This document shows, in pieces, positions 11,391 through 25,900 of a DNA stretch of 64,000 nucleotides. Source of the DNA: Blastocystis sp. Blastoise. Lineage: Eukaryota > Protista > Bigyra: Opalinata. The stretch's first letter is position 1. Each line of letters starts with the position of its first letter. A program made the position numbers and the translations under genes. The DNA lies in contig JBBPEB010000026.1 of NCBI GenBank assembly GCA_039096225.1, forward strand, positions 1 to 64,000. The letters are read 5' to 3'. The notes under the pieces were generated by a model. That model saw only the letters and a list, made by a program, of their open reading frames with translations. It had not been told where the DNA came from and ran no database searches.

Positions 11391-13848
11391 ATTATTTTAT
11401 GTATATATGATATTTTTAATAAATATATTTATAATTACTATTTCTTATGTATTCTTTTTTGTTGACTTTAAATAAATATACATATATACAATATAATTAT
11501 AAAATAATTTACAAGAAATATAAATGAAAATTATATATACATATCAAAAAGAAAAAATAATAATAATATATACCTTTTATTATCAGTAGTTACTAATTGT
11601 ACTCCTTTCTCACAAAACTCTCAAATAGCATTACATGATATAGTACAAATCACCATATTATCTTTTAGATATCATGAAGTATATGTATATAGAAGATTAT
11701 ATTAAAAGAATGAAATGATATTCCTATATATATATATATATATAACATATAAATGAAAACCATATATATACATACTTTTATTATCAGTACGATTATAAAC
11801 ATCCCATATTCGACCAAGAATCCATATCATATATTCTCTTACAATTATAACTATTCAATTCAACCACTTTATAATCAATCTATATAATATATAAGAGTAT
11901 ATAATAAAAAAATATTTACTTCTTGATAACAATAAGTTTCTGAGAATATTGCTAATATTTCAATTATTATTATTCTTCCATAAAATTCTACAATTCATTT
12001 TTTAGAAAGATATAAATAATAAGCTAATAATAAAATATATATTCTTTAGTTGAAGATAATTAAAGAATTTAAGAATATATAGTAGTTAAAATGAATTAAA
12101 TAAATCTTATCTTAATTTACAATTTTTTTAATATAATAAAAGAAGAAGAGTATTTATAAGATTAAAAGAAAGAAATAAGAAGAGTAAATAAGTGTAGAGA
12201 CAGTAATAGGAGTAGTAGAACATATAAAATAAATAACTAAATCAGTTACATGAATTCATAATAATAATAACTCTCTCTATATATAGATGGAATAGTTAGT
12301 ATAGTTATAATAAATAAAAAAATAAATAGAATATATATATTAATATATTATGACTAATCTAAAAATATATATACATAAATTTAAGTCTCTCTGTATATAA
12401 AATAGAATAATATCAAGAAGGATTGCAATATAAACTATATCTTTACAAGTCAATATAGGATCTACTAACTCTTCTATATATATAATAATGAATAAAAAAT
12501 AAATATATAATATTATATACCTCTTTGTTAATCATTACATTTTTTTTTCCTTTAATATTTTCTTTTAGTTTTTCTATTTCATCATTAATATCATTATCAA
12601 TGTATTTCATTTCTTTTCTCATTTTATTTCAGTTTCTTATTTACTTTTATTCTTTGTTAATTTCTTAAAATTATATATTTCATCTTCTAATACGTAATAA
12701 ATTATAAATATAGTAATAATATCATTAGCAATACTTACAGTAATTATTTACCAGAATCAATACATAATGATAAATATTCAACTAAAGTAGGTAATAGTAA
12801 TAGTTAAATATTATATAAATATTATAAAGAAGAAAAAATAATTTTAATAATAATAGTATTTTCTTTAATCTTAAAAGTAGTATTCAGTAATACTTCATAT
12901 AAAGGAGTTCATAAATCAAATAATAAAGATTTCCATTTATTTTTATTATTATTATAATCACCAATACATTCAACTATTTTCTTTATACATCAACCATAAA
13001 TACAATCTTGACTAAATTTTGTTTTAATTCGATTTGAATCTACTTTAGAAGTAATAGTAGTCATGTTTATAGATTATTCAATTTCAATTTTTATATTTAT
13101 TTTATTATATTTTTATTTTTATTTTTATTTTCAATATTCTCATCATTTTCATTTATATATATTTTTCTTCTTTTAATAATTTTATAATTTTTATTATTAT
13201 TATAATTATTTCATATATTCATTCAATAACACCTAATATATAAAGAATAAATAAACTACTAAGATCTCTCCTATATCTAATAACTCATAATAACTTTTTA
13301 AATATGTTAAATTACGAGTATCTAAACCTTTCTTACAAATACATGAGCTAATAATATAGTTATATCTTCTTCTGATTGAATAGGAGGTATACATAAATCT
13401 TTTATAAATAAACATAATAATATCTTAAATAATAATTATTTTAATTCTTCATAATCTAATAAAGATAATAATTTAAAATAGAATGACAATTTATATTATA
13501 AATTGTTTTTGAATTTAGCTTCTTCAAATAATCTACATAATAAAATACCTTCTATAATAGGTATAATAAGATTTCCATATTCCACTTTTATAACTCCTTG
13601 ATCTTTCTCTATATATAATCATAATACAGTATCACAATAATTCAATTCATCACATAATCCTAATAAACTTTCTTTATATAGAACAATAACTAAATTATTA
13701 TAATAACATAACAATTCACGACATATATTCTTCAAAGAATCATCTAAAAAAATACTTTAAATATCAAGCCAATTACTGAAATTTTTAAGAAGAATTTCAG
13801 ATATGTATCTGTTTCATGTAGACGTAGTGCATAGGTATATAGTTTTTA

Positions 13849-13987
<139 letters not shown>

Positions 13988-14011
13988 TGTTCCTTTTTTA
14001 AATAAAAATAA

Positions 14012-14712
14012 TAGTAATATTCATTTTTTAAGATTTTCTTCGAATTCAGTATGAATTGGTTTCATCACCTTATATTCTTCAATATCATAAACTATTTTAT
14101 AACCATAAGATTTCTTATTTAGGAAATCAATAAAAATAATCTCATATATTATTTATTAAATAGAAGAATATAAGTAACTACATTAATAGGAGAATAGAAT
14201 AATAATATTCAAGATGTATTAATTTTTTTATGACTATATAAAATATATAAAAATAACATAAAACTATAATAAGAATAAATATATTAATTATAACTATAAT
14301 AAGTATATATATATACCTATAGAATAGTTCTTCCTTCATTTATAATCGATATTTCAATATATATATAAGTTTAAAATATTTAATAATAAATTTATAGCTA
14401 TCTTATATTTTTTTAAACTATATATAATATCCTATTTCTTTTCTTTTTAGATAATATAATATATTGTATATAAATCGATATATTTACATCTATATATTAA
14501 TTAATAAGATATCTTTTAACACAAAAATAATTCCAATATTATTTATTTTCAAAACTAGCAATTCAAATGTAATATTCAATTTATTTATTCCTAAAAATAA
14601 TTCCATTTTAAATAATAAAGACCAAATATAGGATATATAAATATAAATAAGGATAACATTCAAATAACTATCTAGTTAATAACATCTCAATTGTTTTTGT
14701 TTCTATATATAT
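14012..14712 (+). repeat. Segmental duplicate, copy A (direct-orientation paralogue of 29595-30275)
   Basis: Shared identical core aatagaagaatataagtaactacattaataggagaatagaataataatattcaagatg and collinear similarity over about 700 bp. Confidence 0.9.
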
Positions 14713-14748
14713 ATATATATATATTTCTTATCAGTTCTTTTTTTTTAA

Positions 14749-14792
<44 letters not shown>

Positions 14793-14848
14793 TGATTAGT
14801 GAGGAGAGTGAGTAATTTACATATAATAGTAATAGTTTGAATGTATTC

Positions 14849-14879
<31 letters not shown>

Positions 14880-15216
14880 TTATGAACAGATTCGTTTAAT
14901 ATATCAATATCTTTATTTGTTAACTATATATATATAATAAAAATATAATTATAATAAGAACAAATATAATAATAAAAAAATAAATAGATAAAAGAATATA
15001 TGTGTTGAAGGAGATAAAAAAGATATTTACAATATTTATATATTTAAACACCATCATAACAACACATCTATTATATATAATAAGTAATATATATTTATAT
15101 ATACTCTATTCCTCATATATATAATGAGTAAGTAACTTATTAGCAATTTATTTCTGTATTATTACCAACACAATAAATAATACAGTTGAATTAATTATTT
15201 CCTATATATATAATAA

Positions 15217-15256
<40 letters not shown>

Positions 15257-15339
15257 TATTCATTACATTAAAATTAAAAAATATAAATGTCTTAAAAAAA
15301 AATCAAAATCTAATTTTAAAACTCGTTTGAATCTTTAAT

Positions 15340-15408
<69 letters not shown>

Positions 15409-16670
15409 ATAAAATATAAAAAGAATAATAATTAAATAACTCTAATATAAATGAATTAATTTAAATAATAATTTTAATTAAAAATTAAAATAAATAAGAA
15501 ATTAAAAAAAAATATATATATATATTACAATTAATTCATCAAAATACAATACGGAATTCAATTAATAATCACGATAACTACGTGATATACTCTCTAATCA
15601 TTTTAATACTATAAAATATATGTATATAAAATAAATAAAACTAATTCAAAATAGAAATGCATACTAAAAGTATTTCTTTAATCCAATATGTTATTTGAAA
15701 CATTATATTGACCTATTCTATAACACAATAACAGACCAAATCTTAAATAATCATGTAACCTAAACAAAGAATACAATTAACTAAAATAATATATAAAATA
15801 TATACTAAATATTGAAGCGGAACATTGTTTATTTATTGAATTTAATATATTCAATCTGAATAAAGCATCACAGCAACACATAACTTAAAAAAAAAATAAA
15901 TCAAAGACCAAGTGTCAATTTTTTCTATATTTCAAGAATTAAAATAAAATTATACGGATTCATTTAACTTTTACCGTAAACGAATAAAACAACGATCTGT
16001 GTTTTACATTTTTAATATTCTTTTATAAATATCATTATAATATAAATTATTTTTTTATTTTTTTATCTCTATATACTATTTTAAACACAATTTATAATCA
16101 TTTAATCAATAAAAAGTTAACATTGTCAATCCATTCACTGTTTAATAATAAATAAATCTAAATCAACTCTATTCTATCAAGCATAAGCTCTATCAACTCA
16201 ATATAAACTCAATAAACTCATTTGAAATACAATTATAAACATCACCTTTTTATCTCTTAATATCAATAATTAAACAATATTTGAACTCATTTTCATCTTG
16301 AATTGCTTTATAAGTCTATAATATATGCTAAATACTCTTTATTAAAGCTTTTTGTCACGGATCACTATTTTTTTATCTATAAAATAATTCAATAAAATAA
16401 ATTTACTAATAATGTTTACATCTTGAGTTATTATAAACATTCAAAAACACATTTATATTTAAAACAACACATTATCTAAAGAAAAACTATTTTTAAAAAA
16501 CAAGTTTTAAAAAAAACATAAAATTTATTCAAATTATAACGAGATCCATTCATGAAATCGTGATTCTTATTTATAATGACACTTTTCTTTTGTCTTCACT
16601 AAAAACAATTTCAAATTTCATTATTTATCTATCTTATATATTTATCAAAACTTTATCTTTTTAATTAATT

Positions 16671-17360
16671 ATGTATGTTATCTATTTATCATCTCTATAT
16701 CTCCTAGCTGTCTCATTCTTAGGTCTTGTAGTCTCTCCATTCTTCAAAATCTCCATTCCTTTTGCTGTTCTTCAAAAAGTGCTTAAAATGGTATATATTC
16801 TATATTATTTATCTATTTAATATTATATATTTATTTAGGAAGTCTTGGTGTTACCTGATTGGTGATCTCTGTGTTGGTTTCCTTTCTTGTTGGTTTTAAT
16901 GTGTTCAAACAATCTACAAGGTATTTATATATTTATTCTATTCATTTTATTATTATTTTATATAGTTTAAAGGTTAATTCACCCATCATGGGTTCGTTGT
17001 TTCCTTTCTTCTTTGGTTTTAATGCTCTCAAACTATTATGATGTTCTTTATGACCTTTCTATTCTACTCAAATGATCTCTTCTTTATCAAAAATATCCTT
17101 TTTCCTGTATATTTTTATTTATTTATTTTTTCTTTTTTTTTTATTATTTTTTATTCTTTATTTACTTTTATATTATTATAAATATATTTATTATCATCTT
17201 ATTTATTTATATACAGTATTTATATATAGTTTTTGTTATCAAAGAGATGATCATCGTCTCCATTGTGCTTGATATTTTTCTTCTTTTGCTTCTATTTGGA
17301 TTCTTTGTCTTGTTTATAGTCTTGTAATGTTATTTGAGATGAATTGGGTTACAATTTTAG
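16671..17360 (+). pseudogene. Small spliced-looking unit without an intact ORF (pseudogene or lncRNA)
   Basis: Higher-GC exon-like blocks (16709-16791, 16839-16921, 16966 onward) separated by GT..AG AT-rich introns; the frames I translated hit stops. Confidence 0.35.
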
Positions 17361-17741
17361 GTATCTTATGTAAATATATATATTATATTTTTATTTTTTT
17401 TTTATTATATTTGTCTTTATCTATTATATATTTATTTTTTATATTTACATATTTATGTGGTTTATTATACTATTTTATATTATTTTTATTAACTATTTTA
17501 TATAATATATATTTTATTTTTTATGTATTTTGTTCTCTTGGTGTATTAATAGCTTTGTTGCTTTCGTATATATATATATATATATATTTATACATAATCT
17601 TTTTTTATTCTAATATTTCCCTTTTTTTTCCTTTCACATTGGTATTCCTTTCTTGTAACTTTTATTGTGTTTTTCTATAATTTTATATATATATATATTA
17701 TTTTCTATTCATATATACTTATAATTACTTTTGTTTATCGT

Positions 17742-17803
17742 ATTTAAGCTCCATAATGGATGGATATATATATATATATACAGGTTCAAATCCTGGCTTA
17801 AAT
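17742..17803 (+). ncRNA. tRNA-like element, copy 1 (putative Pol III unit; anticodon arm replaced by (AT)n)
   Basis: ATTTAAG/CTTAAAT acceptor-like stem, CCAT-AATGG-ATGG D-like hairpin, CAGG-TTCAAAT-CCTG T arm with B box GGTTCAAATCC, T runs downstream. Confidence 0.55.
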
Positions 17804-17912
17804 ATTTTATTTTATTATATTCTTTTTATAATTAATTTTTATATTATAATTATATTATATATATATATATAGAAGATGAATTCAATATATTAAAATATAT
17901 TATTATTTTAAT

Positions 17913-17982
17913 ATTTAATTTCTATAAATGGATAGAATATATAAATATTATATATATATCAGGTTCGATTCCTGACTTAAAT
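17913..17982 (+). ncRNA. tRNA-like element, copy 2
   Basis: ATTTAAT/CTTAAAT stem, CTAT-AAATGG-ATAG D-like hairpin, TATAT-AAATATT-ATATA arm, TCAGG-TTCGATT-CCTGA T arm with B box GGTTCGATTCC, TTTT downstream. Confidence 0.55.
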
Positions 17983-19279
17983 TATTCTATTCTTTTAATT
18001 TATAATTATTATTCTATATATATAGAATTCAAATGTTTATCTAATCAATTATGTAATATATATAGTTATCTTCAATTATTTAATCATCAAGAAATCTCTT
18101 TGTATTTACAAAAATTAAAAAATTTTCAAATAGTAATATAGTCTTCTAATTAATATTTCTTTCTTTTCTACCTTTATTTTCAATTCTCATGACAAATATC
18201 ATCTTAATATGTTTATATCAACACTTCAGCACCAGTAATTAAAACATTTTTATATAAAATATGTTAATTTATTATCTTTTTTCAATTATAAATATTCATT
18301 ATAACATATTAAACTTATATAAGCATTCTAAACAACTATGTTTACACACAATTCATCCATTCTTAAAAAATATTTTATTCTATTTTTCAACTTTTAGTCA
18401 TACTAGTGTATACTATAGACTATTATTCAATGAATAGTATCAATTTTAATTCAAAAGAATAATATATGTTATTTAAAAATAATAAAATGAGAATAAAAAG
18501 AAAAATTATACTAAGAACTTTATCTATCTTTTCAAACTTCTTCTTTTTATTTATTTATTATTTAGATACTCTTAATATTCATTATTTATTCATTTTTATA
18601 CTCATTATCATCTCTAGTCATCATATATATTTTTTATTTTATACTTTACTAAAACATTATCTTCTCATTCTTATTAATTATTTTCTTAAAGTTATTATTA
18701 TGTTTAATTCTTATTAATAATCACTTTATAAATTCATTTAACATGTTTTTATAAAATATTTAAAACAAATCATGTCAAAGTCTCTCCTTCAACTATCTTC
18801 AAACTGTTCATGATTCACTTATTTAATTACTTTATGACTTAATTATCAATATTTTATTATAATCATTTTTCAAGTATTCTTTTATACACACAATTCTTAA
18901 CATTATTAAACTATTTTGTTTTTAAAACAAGTTATTATCATACACATATGTTTATTAGTCTATAATAACTTCATAAAAGTTATTTTTGTTTATTTAAGTC
19001 AACATGAGTGAATTCATAGTTTTTTACAAAATGTCTTTAAACAAAACTTTTATTTATTTAAATAGTATCTATATGTTAATTCACATTGATTGTATTCATA
19101 TTATATTATAATAATTATATAAACATATTAAAAAATTAAATTTTAAAATAAAAAATAAAAATGATATTCAATCAATTTTTCTTTTTTTATTATGTATTTT
19201 TTATTTATATTATATATTATATATATATCCAACACACGCACAACCTATATAATAATAATATAGAATAAAATAAATAATA

Positions 19280-19970
19280 TATACCTATTTGATGGGTGAA
19301 ACACCCTCTAGTTGAAAGAATAGTTTAGAAATTTTTGAATTTTTGTTATAATTTTTTTTACCTATTTTAATAATTTCTATACCTAATACTTACAAAAAAG
19401 ACTTAATACTTCATTAAACACACTCAACTCATCCTATATATACTTTCTATATAAAAATAACTATATAATATAAAATATTTATACATAATCACCACAATTG
19501 TCTAATATAATATATACCTTAAAAAGTATTCCAATGATACTAAGACAACATAAATGATCCAAAATCATCGTAGAACATAGTTTATCATCATAAGTACCAA
19601 AACCAACACTACAAAGACAATGGGAAAAAGTGATGTTATGAATTTTCATTCATAAACATCACTTTCAACTATATAATAAGACAATCAATAATATAGTATG
19701 ATATAATATAAAAATAAAATATATACCATAATTAAAATCTTCCCATTCTTACCTTAAACCTTTTCAAACGTAGTAATTCAAACAGATCCATGAATAGCAC
19801 CATATTTCAACAGACCACAGGTATCCTAACACTATAAATAGCTACACATTCAAACCCAAGCCAAGAATGGCGTCTATTTATTATTTAATATAAATAATAT
19901 TTCATTATAAAAATAAAAATAAATATATTGAATTCATTAAATAAATAAAAATAAAAGAATTACCATTATA
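19280..19970 (-). pseudogene. Spliced-looking minus-strand unit without an intact ORF
   Basis: Higher-GC exon-like blocks (about 19518-19668 and 19727-19873) with minus-strand GT-AG boundaries; stops in the best frame (DTCGLLKYGAIHGSV*ITTFEKV*). Confidence 0.35.
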
Positions 19971-20032
19971 ATTTAAAAAATAAACAAAAAAAATAAAGCA
20001 AAATAAAAAAGCCTCTCAAAAAGGTCAACCAC

Positions 20033-20635
20033 TTTTTTACCCTAATAACATTTTGGTTGACTTTTTTATTTTAATTCATTCTATTGGCTTATTTCATCCT
20101 ACAATCGTAGAATCGTAGACTCTACGATTCTACGATTGTAGACAGCCAATCAAATTCATTTTCCTACAATCCTACAATCGTAGAATCGTAGACTCTACGA
20201 TTGTAGACTACCAATCAAATTCATTATCTTATATTCTACAATCGTAGAATCGTAGAGTCTACGATTCTATGATTGTAGAAATGAAAAACTCTATTTTTAT
20301 TGGATAAATCTTTTTTTATCCAATTATTTTCTTCTTTTTTCAATTCTACAATACCCAATTATTTTATTTTATTTTTTTAACCAATTAAATTAATTATTTT
20401 CACCCTAATAAAATTTTGAGAACCCTTCTTTTAAAACATTACCACTTTATTCTATCATTTTTTTACCCTAATACTATTTTGGTTCACTTTTTTACCCTAA
20501 TACTATTTTGGTTGATTTTTTTTTAAACTTATTCTATTGGTTTATTTAATCCTACAATCATACAATCGTAGACTCTACGATTCTACGATTCTAGACTACC
20601 AATTAAATCAATAATATCTTTTTTTATCCAATTAT
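20033..20635. repeat. Cluster of four long palindromes built from 8-bp AATCGTAG units, interspersed with CCAAT boxes and ACCCTAATA motifs
   Basis: 20099-20141 is a perfect inverted repeat with 21-bp arms and a 1-nt centre; related copies at 20172-20206, 20234-20280 and 20552-20594; segment 20033-20150 recurs at about 20489-20605. Confidence 0.93.
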
Positions 20636-20697
20636 ATTTATAATATTAAAAAATATTATAACATTTTATAACATACTCTCAGTATATATTTTTTTTT

Positions 20698-20713
20698 CCC
20701 TAACCCTAACCCC
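20698..20713 (+). repeat. Interstitial telomere-like seed CCCTAACCCTAACCCC
   Basis: About 2.5 telomere units in the same orientation as the terminal tract; other seeds at 805-815 and 21207-21216. Confidence 0.6.
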
Positions 20714-21469
20714 TGAATTTATGACACTAAAATCTATTCCAAAACAAGAATTACAAAAATGTTTTCTTTTAAAATTTTATTTTTTTTCATATATTAATTT
20801 TATTTATATCTAAAAAATAGCAAATTAAAATTTCATAATAATTTTTATTTAACTTCTTTTACAATTCTAGATATTTCATAGAATTATTTATTTACTATTC
20901 ATTATTTAAAAATAAAATATTTATTCTTATTTCTTTTTAATTAATTACTTAATAACATTAATATTAATTTTTTAATTATTTTACTTTATGTAGATTCTTT
21001 GACATATAAAACATTTTCACTAATAATCAGGTTTTAGTTTTTTAGAAAAATAACTCTTAAGTTTGACCACTATCAGCCTCTAGAAAAGCACTAAATAGGA
21101 ATAAAAAATCACATTCTGACTCTAGAGTCAACACCAAATAACGTATATGACACCACTATCAGACCCAATATTTTTTTAAGAAGCAATTTCAGAAATGTAT
21201 TTGGTTCTAACCCTAAGCAAATAAAAATACACGAGAAATAAAACATATATATTATTTAATTAACATAATATGGATATTAATGATATATAAAAGGGTTTAA
21301 TAAGTCATTTCATATTTAATTAATATCCTTTTTAATCCCAAAACAACTCATTTTCATTTTATAGTATTATAAACAGAAAAATAATAAACTAATAAAAATA
21401 ATACATAAATAATTAATAAACTAACATAGATTTTTTTTATATGTTTAGTATTCATGCAGAGTGTCGTTT

Positions 21470-21933
21470 TTTGACCAATTTTTAAAGACTATAAAAATGT
21501 AATTATAAAAATGTTGATAATTTAATAATAATAAATTATACACCTTATATAAACACATCAAACATCATCTTATCTTCAATTTCAAAATCATTTTAATAGA
21601 CTATATATAGTTTAAAATAAAAAATGATAAAAAAATAATTATAAATAATATATATTAAACACGCACATCAATCAACGATTACACTTCAAGGACCACCAGC
21701 TAAAAAAGCCAATTATTACTATTATATAAAAATATTTAAAGCATACATTTCAAAGTAAGTCATTCCTGATCAGTAGAGCACCAAAAACAAAGTTATAACT
21801 ATAAAAAGTAGATAAATAGAGAAATAAGAACATATCTTCATCCAAGAGAAAAAATTGTGTTCATCTCCTATTTATTTGAGCCATAAATGATAGCTATATA
21901 ATAAATTATATAAAAAAATAATGATACATACCA
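21470..21933 (-). pseudogene. Small spliced-looking minus-strand unit, no intact ORF
   Basis: ATG followed by GTATG donor at about 21933, then short higher-GC exon-like blocks with stops. Confidence 0.3.
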
Positions 21934-22929
21934 TTATAAATCAACAAAAAAAAACAATCGTAAAAAATCAATAATAAAATAATTTATATGAAAAACTTTT
22001 ATGTCAAATAATAATCTAACCTCTAACTCTAAAATATGTATAAAAATAAATATATAAGAACTCTGAAAATTCTACCCTATAGTGATTTCTCCTTTTTTTC
22101 TTTTGAATGATTGAAAACTAAAAAAGTCAGCATAGTCCAAATATCACTGTATATTCATAATATAATAATTATGATATTTATATTTATGTTATGACAAGTG
22201 ATATTAGGTTATTGAAAGAATAACAACCAATAATAAATACAATAAAAACTATATTGTGTTTAATCGAGATACTATAATGATTATATAGTATTTCATTACA
22301 ATAATTATATCATTTAAAATAAGAAAATATTTAATCTGATATACTTTCACAAACTGATTTACTAATTCTTTAAAAATATTTTTTATTTATAAAAATATAA
22401 CTCTTCTTATTTTTACATACTCATAGAAATAAATGTGCAAAGAACTAAGTTTTAAATAAATCAATTTAAAGAATATTAATAGAAATAAAAGTGTAAAAAA
22501 ATATTATTATTATAAACAAAACTATATATATAGAAAACTATTAATTATTTAGGTAGAAACATTAATAATAAACTAATTTATATTCTTATGATATTAATTA
22601 AAAAAAGAAATAAAAATAATAGTATAAACGAATATATATATTATTTAGTAAATAATAAAAAAGAGTAATAACATGGAATAGTAATTATATATATGTTGTA
22701 AAGATATAAAAGAACTTATTAAAGAATATATATATAGCATAGACTATTTTTTTAGAAATATATGTTTATTGCTCCTATTGATTATATCATTATTATTTAT
22801 TTTTATCATTAAATTCATTCTTATCTATTATAGTATAATTCAGTGAATAATTTAATAAAATACTTAGACTATAAAAAAAATAAGTTTATAGATATAATAT
22901 ATATAATAATAATATATAATAGAAGATAT

Positions 22930-25900
22930 AACTAAATGAAAACATTCAAAATAACACTCTTCGAATTCGAAAGAACTAAAGTTAACAACATACAAAGAGA
23001 ATAACCAAAAGATCAAAGGAAGAAATAATATCATTCTATTTATCTTTGTATGTATTAATATCTAAATATATACATCAATAACAATATAATATATATAATT
23101 ATAATAATAATATATATATATATACTTGTCTATAATCTTATTTCCAATATTATTTCGACTTTTTAATACTTTTAATTGTTCAATATATGTAGATAATAAT
23201 AAAAACTTTATATATAAATAAATAATTAGTTTCTAAAGGAGATATGAAACCAGAATATATTCTTCTAAATTTTATATTAGTTTTAATTCATTTTATATTA
23301 TTTAATAGTTCTTTAATAGAATCCAGTATTTATTGTTTAGTTATAATAATAAATTTATTCACCTTAGAAAGATGAATGGACCCAATTTTTATATATCTGA
23401 AATTAGTTCTAGAGGAAGAAGAGTAGGTTTAGTAGATTCATTCTTAATAGTAAATAATTGTTCATATATAGTTACACATATATTTTTAATTGATTTCAAT
23501 AAATCTTAAGAGTAATTCCTTTTTTATACAGTAAATTAATACATATTAATTATTTTAATAATATTTCTTAAGAAAATTGAGTTGCTAATTATAATGATTG
23601 AATAAGATCAGAAAATAATTATATATAATACAATATATATATCTATATATATTACTTGTTTTTTTAGTAATAATAGAATAATTAGAAGAAGCTAACCAAC
23701 AGTTATTCATATAAATATTTTCATTTAAATCATAGAATAATGTAGTTATAGTAGATTTTGATTGTGATATAGAAGAAGGAGAAGTAAAATACATGTAAAT
23801 AAATGGATTCTAGAATATATATATATAATATAATAAACATAAAATAATAACAATAATAACTTATATATACTTCTTTAAGTTTTTTTAAGAATTATTCAGC
23901 ACACAGATATAGATACTCTTTTTTTCCTTCATTCTCATAGAAAAATGAAAGGAAACCTTTTGAATTTGAAGAAATTAAAAACCTATTTTATTCTTTATTT
24001 AAATAACATAACAATAAATTATATAGTTGTATATATCAATCAATATTTTCTTTATTATTATTATTTTTTATCTTCTTAAATTTATCATCTACATTATAAC
24101 ATATTCTTAAATAACTATTCTATGTATAATTTAATAAATTCCTAATAAATCAAATATATATTAATAATAAAACATTAATATATCGATAAAGGATGAAATA
24201 GTTCAGATAATAATGTTTGCATAGAGATATCCATAAGATTATATAATTCTATTAGGTATATATAATTTATTAAAATTATTAGGAAACCATTTTATAGTAG
24301 TCAATATTTTCATTATAGAAGAATCAGATCTATATATATAATAGATAAATAATACTGAATAAAAACAATAAATATATATACTTAATAATATTGAAGTTAT
24401 CTAGAATATAACTAATAATAGTATTTCATAATGTTATATTCATAGGAGTCACCTTAGAAAGAAAGAATTCTTTAGAAACAGTAAATAAGCAAGTCGATTA
24501 TTTTAGAGAAGACAAATTTATTAACTAATAGAAACTATATATATATGTATATACAATTTATAATTAATAACATTATTATATCCATAAAGATATTTCTATT
24601 GTATAAAATCATCGGATATATAGATATCTGTAGAACAAAAAGAAACACAGATATTTTCTTGGGTATAAGAAAAGGTAATTAATTAATTACTGTTCTATAC
24701 TATATATATATAATATTATAATTATAAATATATATATAAATATACTTTTTCAATATGATCTGGACTTCTTTCAATAATATATATTTATAAAAAAAATATT
24801 GTTTATTATCACTGAAAGATTCTACAGTTTTAAGTATGTTCTGGAACACAGATGAATCTTGTGCAATGAAACTAATATAGAATCAACATGACAAGGTGAA
24901 TAACAGGAATATAAAGAGTTTATTAGAGAGGAAGAGAGGGAGATGTCTAGAATAGAAATCGATAAGTATATATATATATAAATAGATACACAACGAATAG
25001 AAAAAAGAGTAATAATAAAATAGATTGAAGTAAGAGATAATTATATCAATAATTATAATCATAATATGTTTATATACTTATAATTATAAACTTGTCATTG
25101 TTTTTCTAATCCTTCTGTATTTATATAGAAAAAAGCATTAATAGTAAACCAACACATTATATTATTTTTCATGAGACATAAAAGGTCAGTAGACTTAATT
25201 CCCATGGAAATCTGAATGGTTTACGTTTATATATAATAAATATGTTAAAGTATTCATTCTTGAGTAAATTGAAAAATATAAGAAGATATAGAATTATATT
25301 CTATTCCTATATATATAAATGATATCAGTTAAAAAAGAAAAAAAATAATAAAAATAATAGCAATAAATAATTATAATAATATAATATACATATACATATA
25401 TATGTTGAAAACACTACATATTCTGGAGAGACATAAAAAATATATATGACTATACGAAGATGGTGAAGAGGAGGAGTGAACGAAATGAAAATGGATCTAG
25501 AATATAGTATGAGTAGCATTTATATATATATAACGATTTATATAGAATAACAACAATTATATATGGAGAATATATAGATACTAACTATAATAGCATTACT
25601 AATAATGTAAATAAATTAATAATAAATAAATTAATAATAAATAAATAAAAAATATAATATAAGATAAAAATTACTAATATATATATTTATATATACTTAT
25701 AGATACCTCTAGTAATCTATAGAGTGAGTCACATAATAGGTATTCCTGTTTATTAGTCTTTTTATATGACTGTAGAATATAAATGAATAACAAATAATGC
25801 AAATAAATAAATAGCAAATAATATAAATAAATTTAGCAAATAATATAAATAACTAAATATATATATACTATAATAATTCAAGTTACAAAAGTACTAATCT

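Noticed and set aside
15568-15586. Small inverted repeat ATCACG-N7-CGTGAT
   Set aside because: Six-bp arms, single occurrence; compatible with chance.
17742-17982. Calling these functional tRNA genes
   Set aside because: No canonical anticodon loop (no U33; copy 1 cannot form a 7-nt loop), so they are reported only as tRNA-like.
20099-20141. Palindrome as a protelomerase (hairpin telomere) site
   Set aside because: Known telomere-resolvase sites have even dyad symmetry, whereas these have an unpaired central base, and the chromosome ends in normal telomerase repeats.
20099-20594. Palindrome cluster as a CRISPR array
   Set aside because: Eukaryotic context, irregular spacing, spacers similar to each other and no cas genes.
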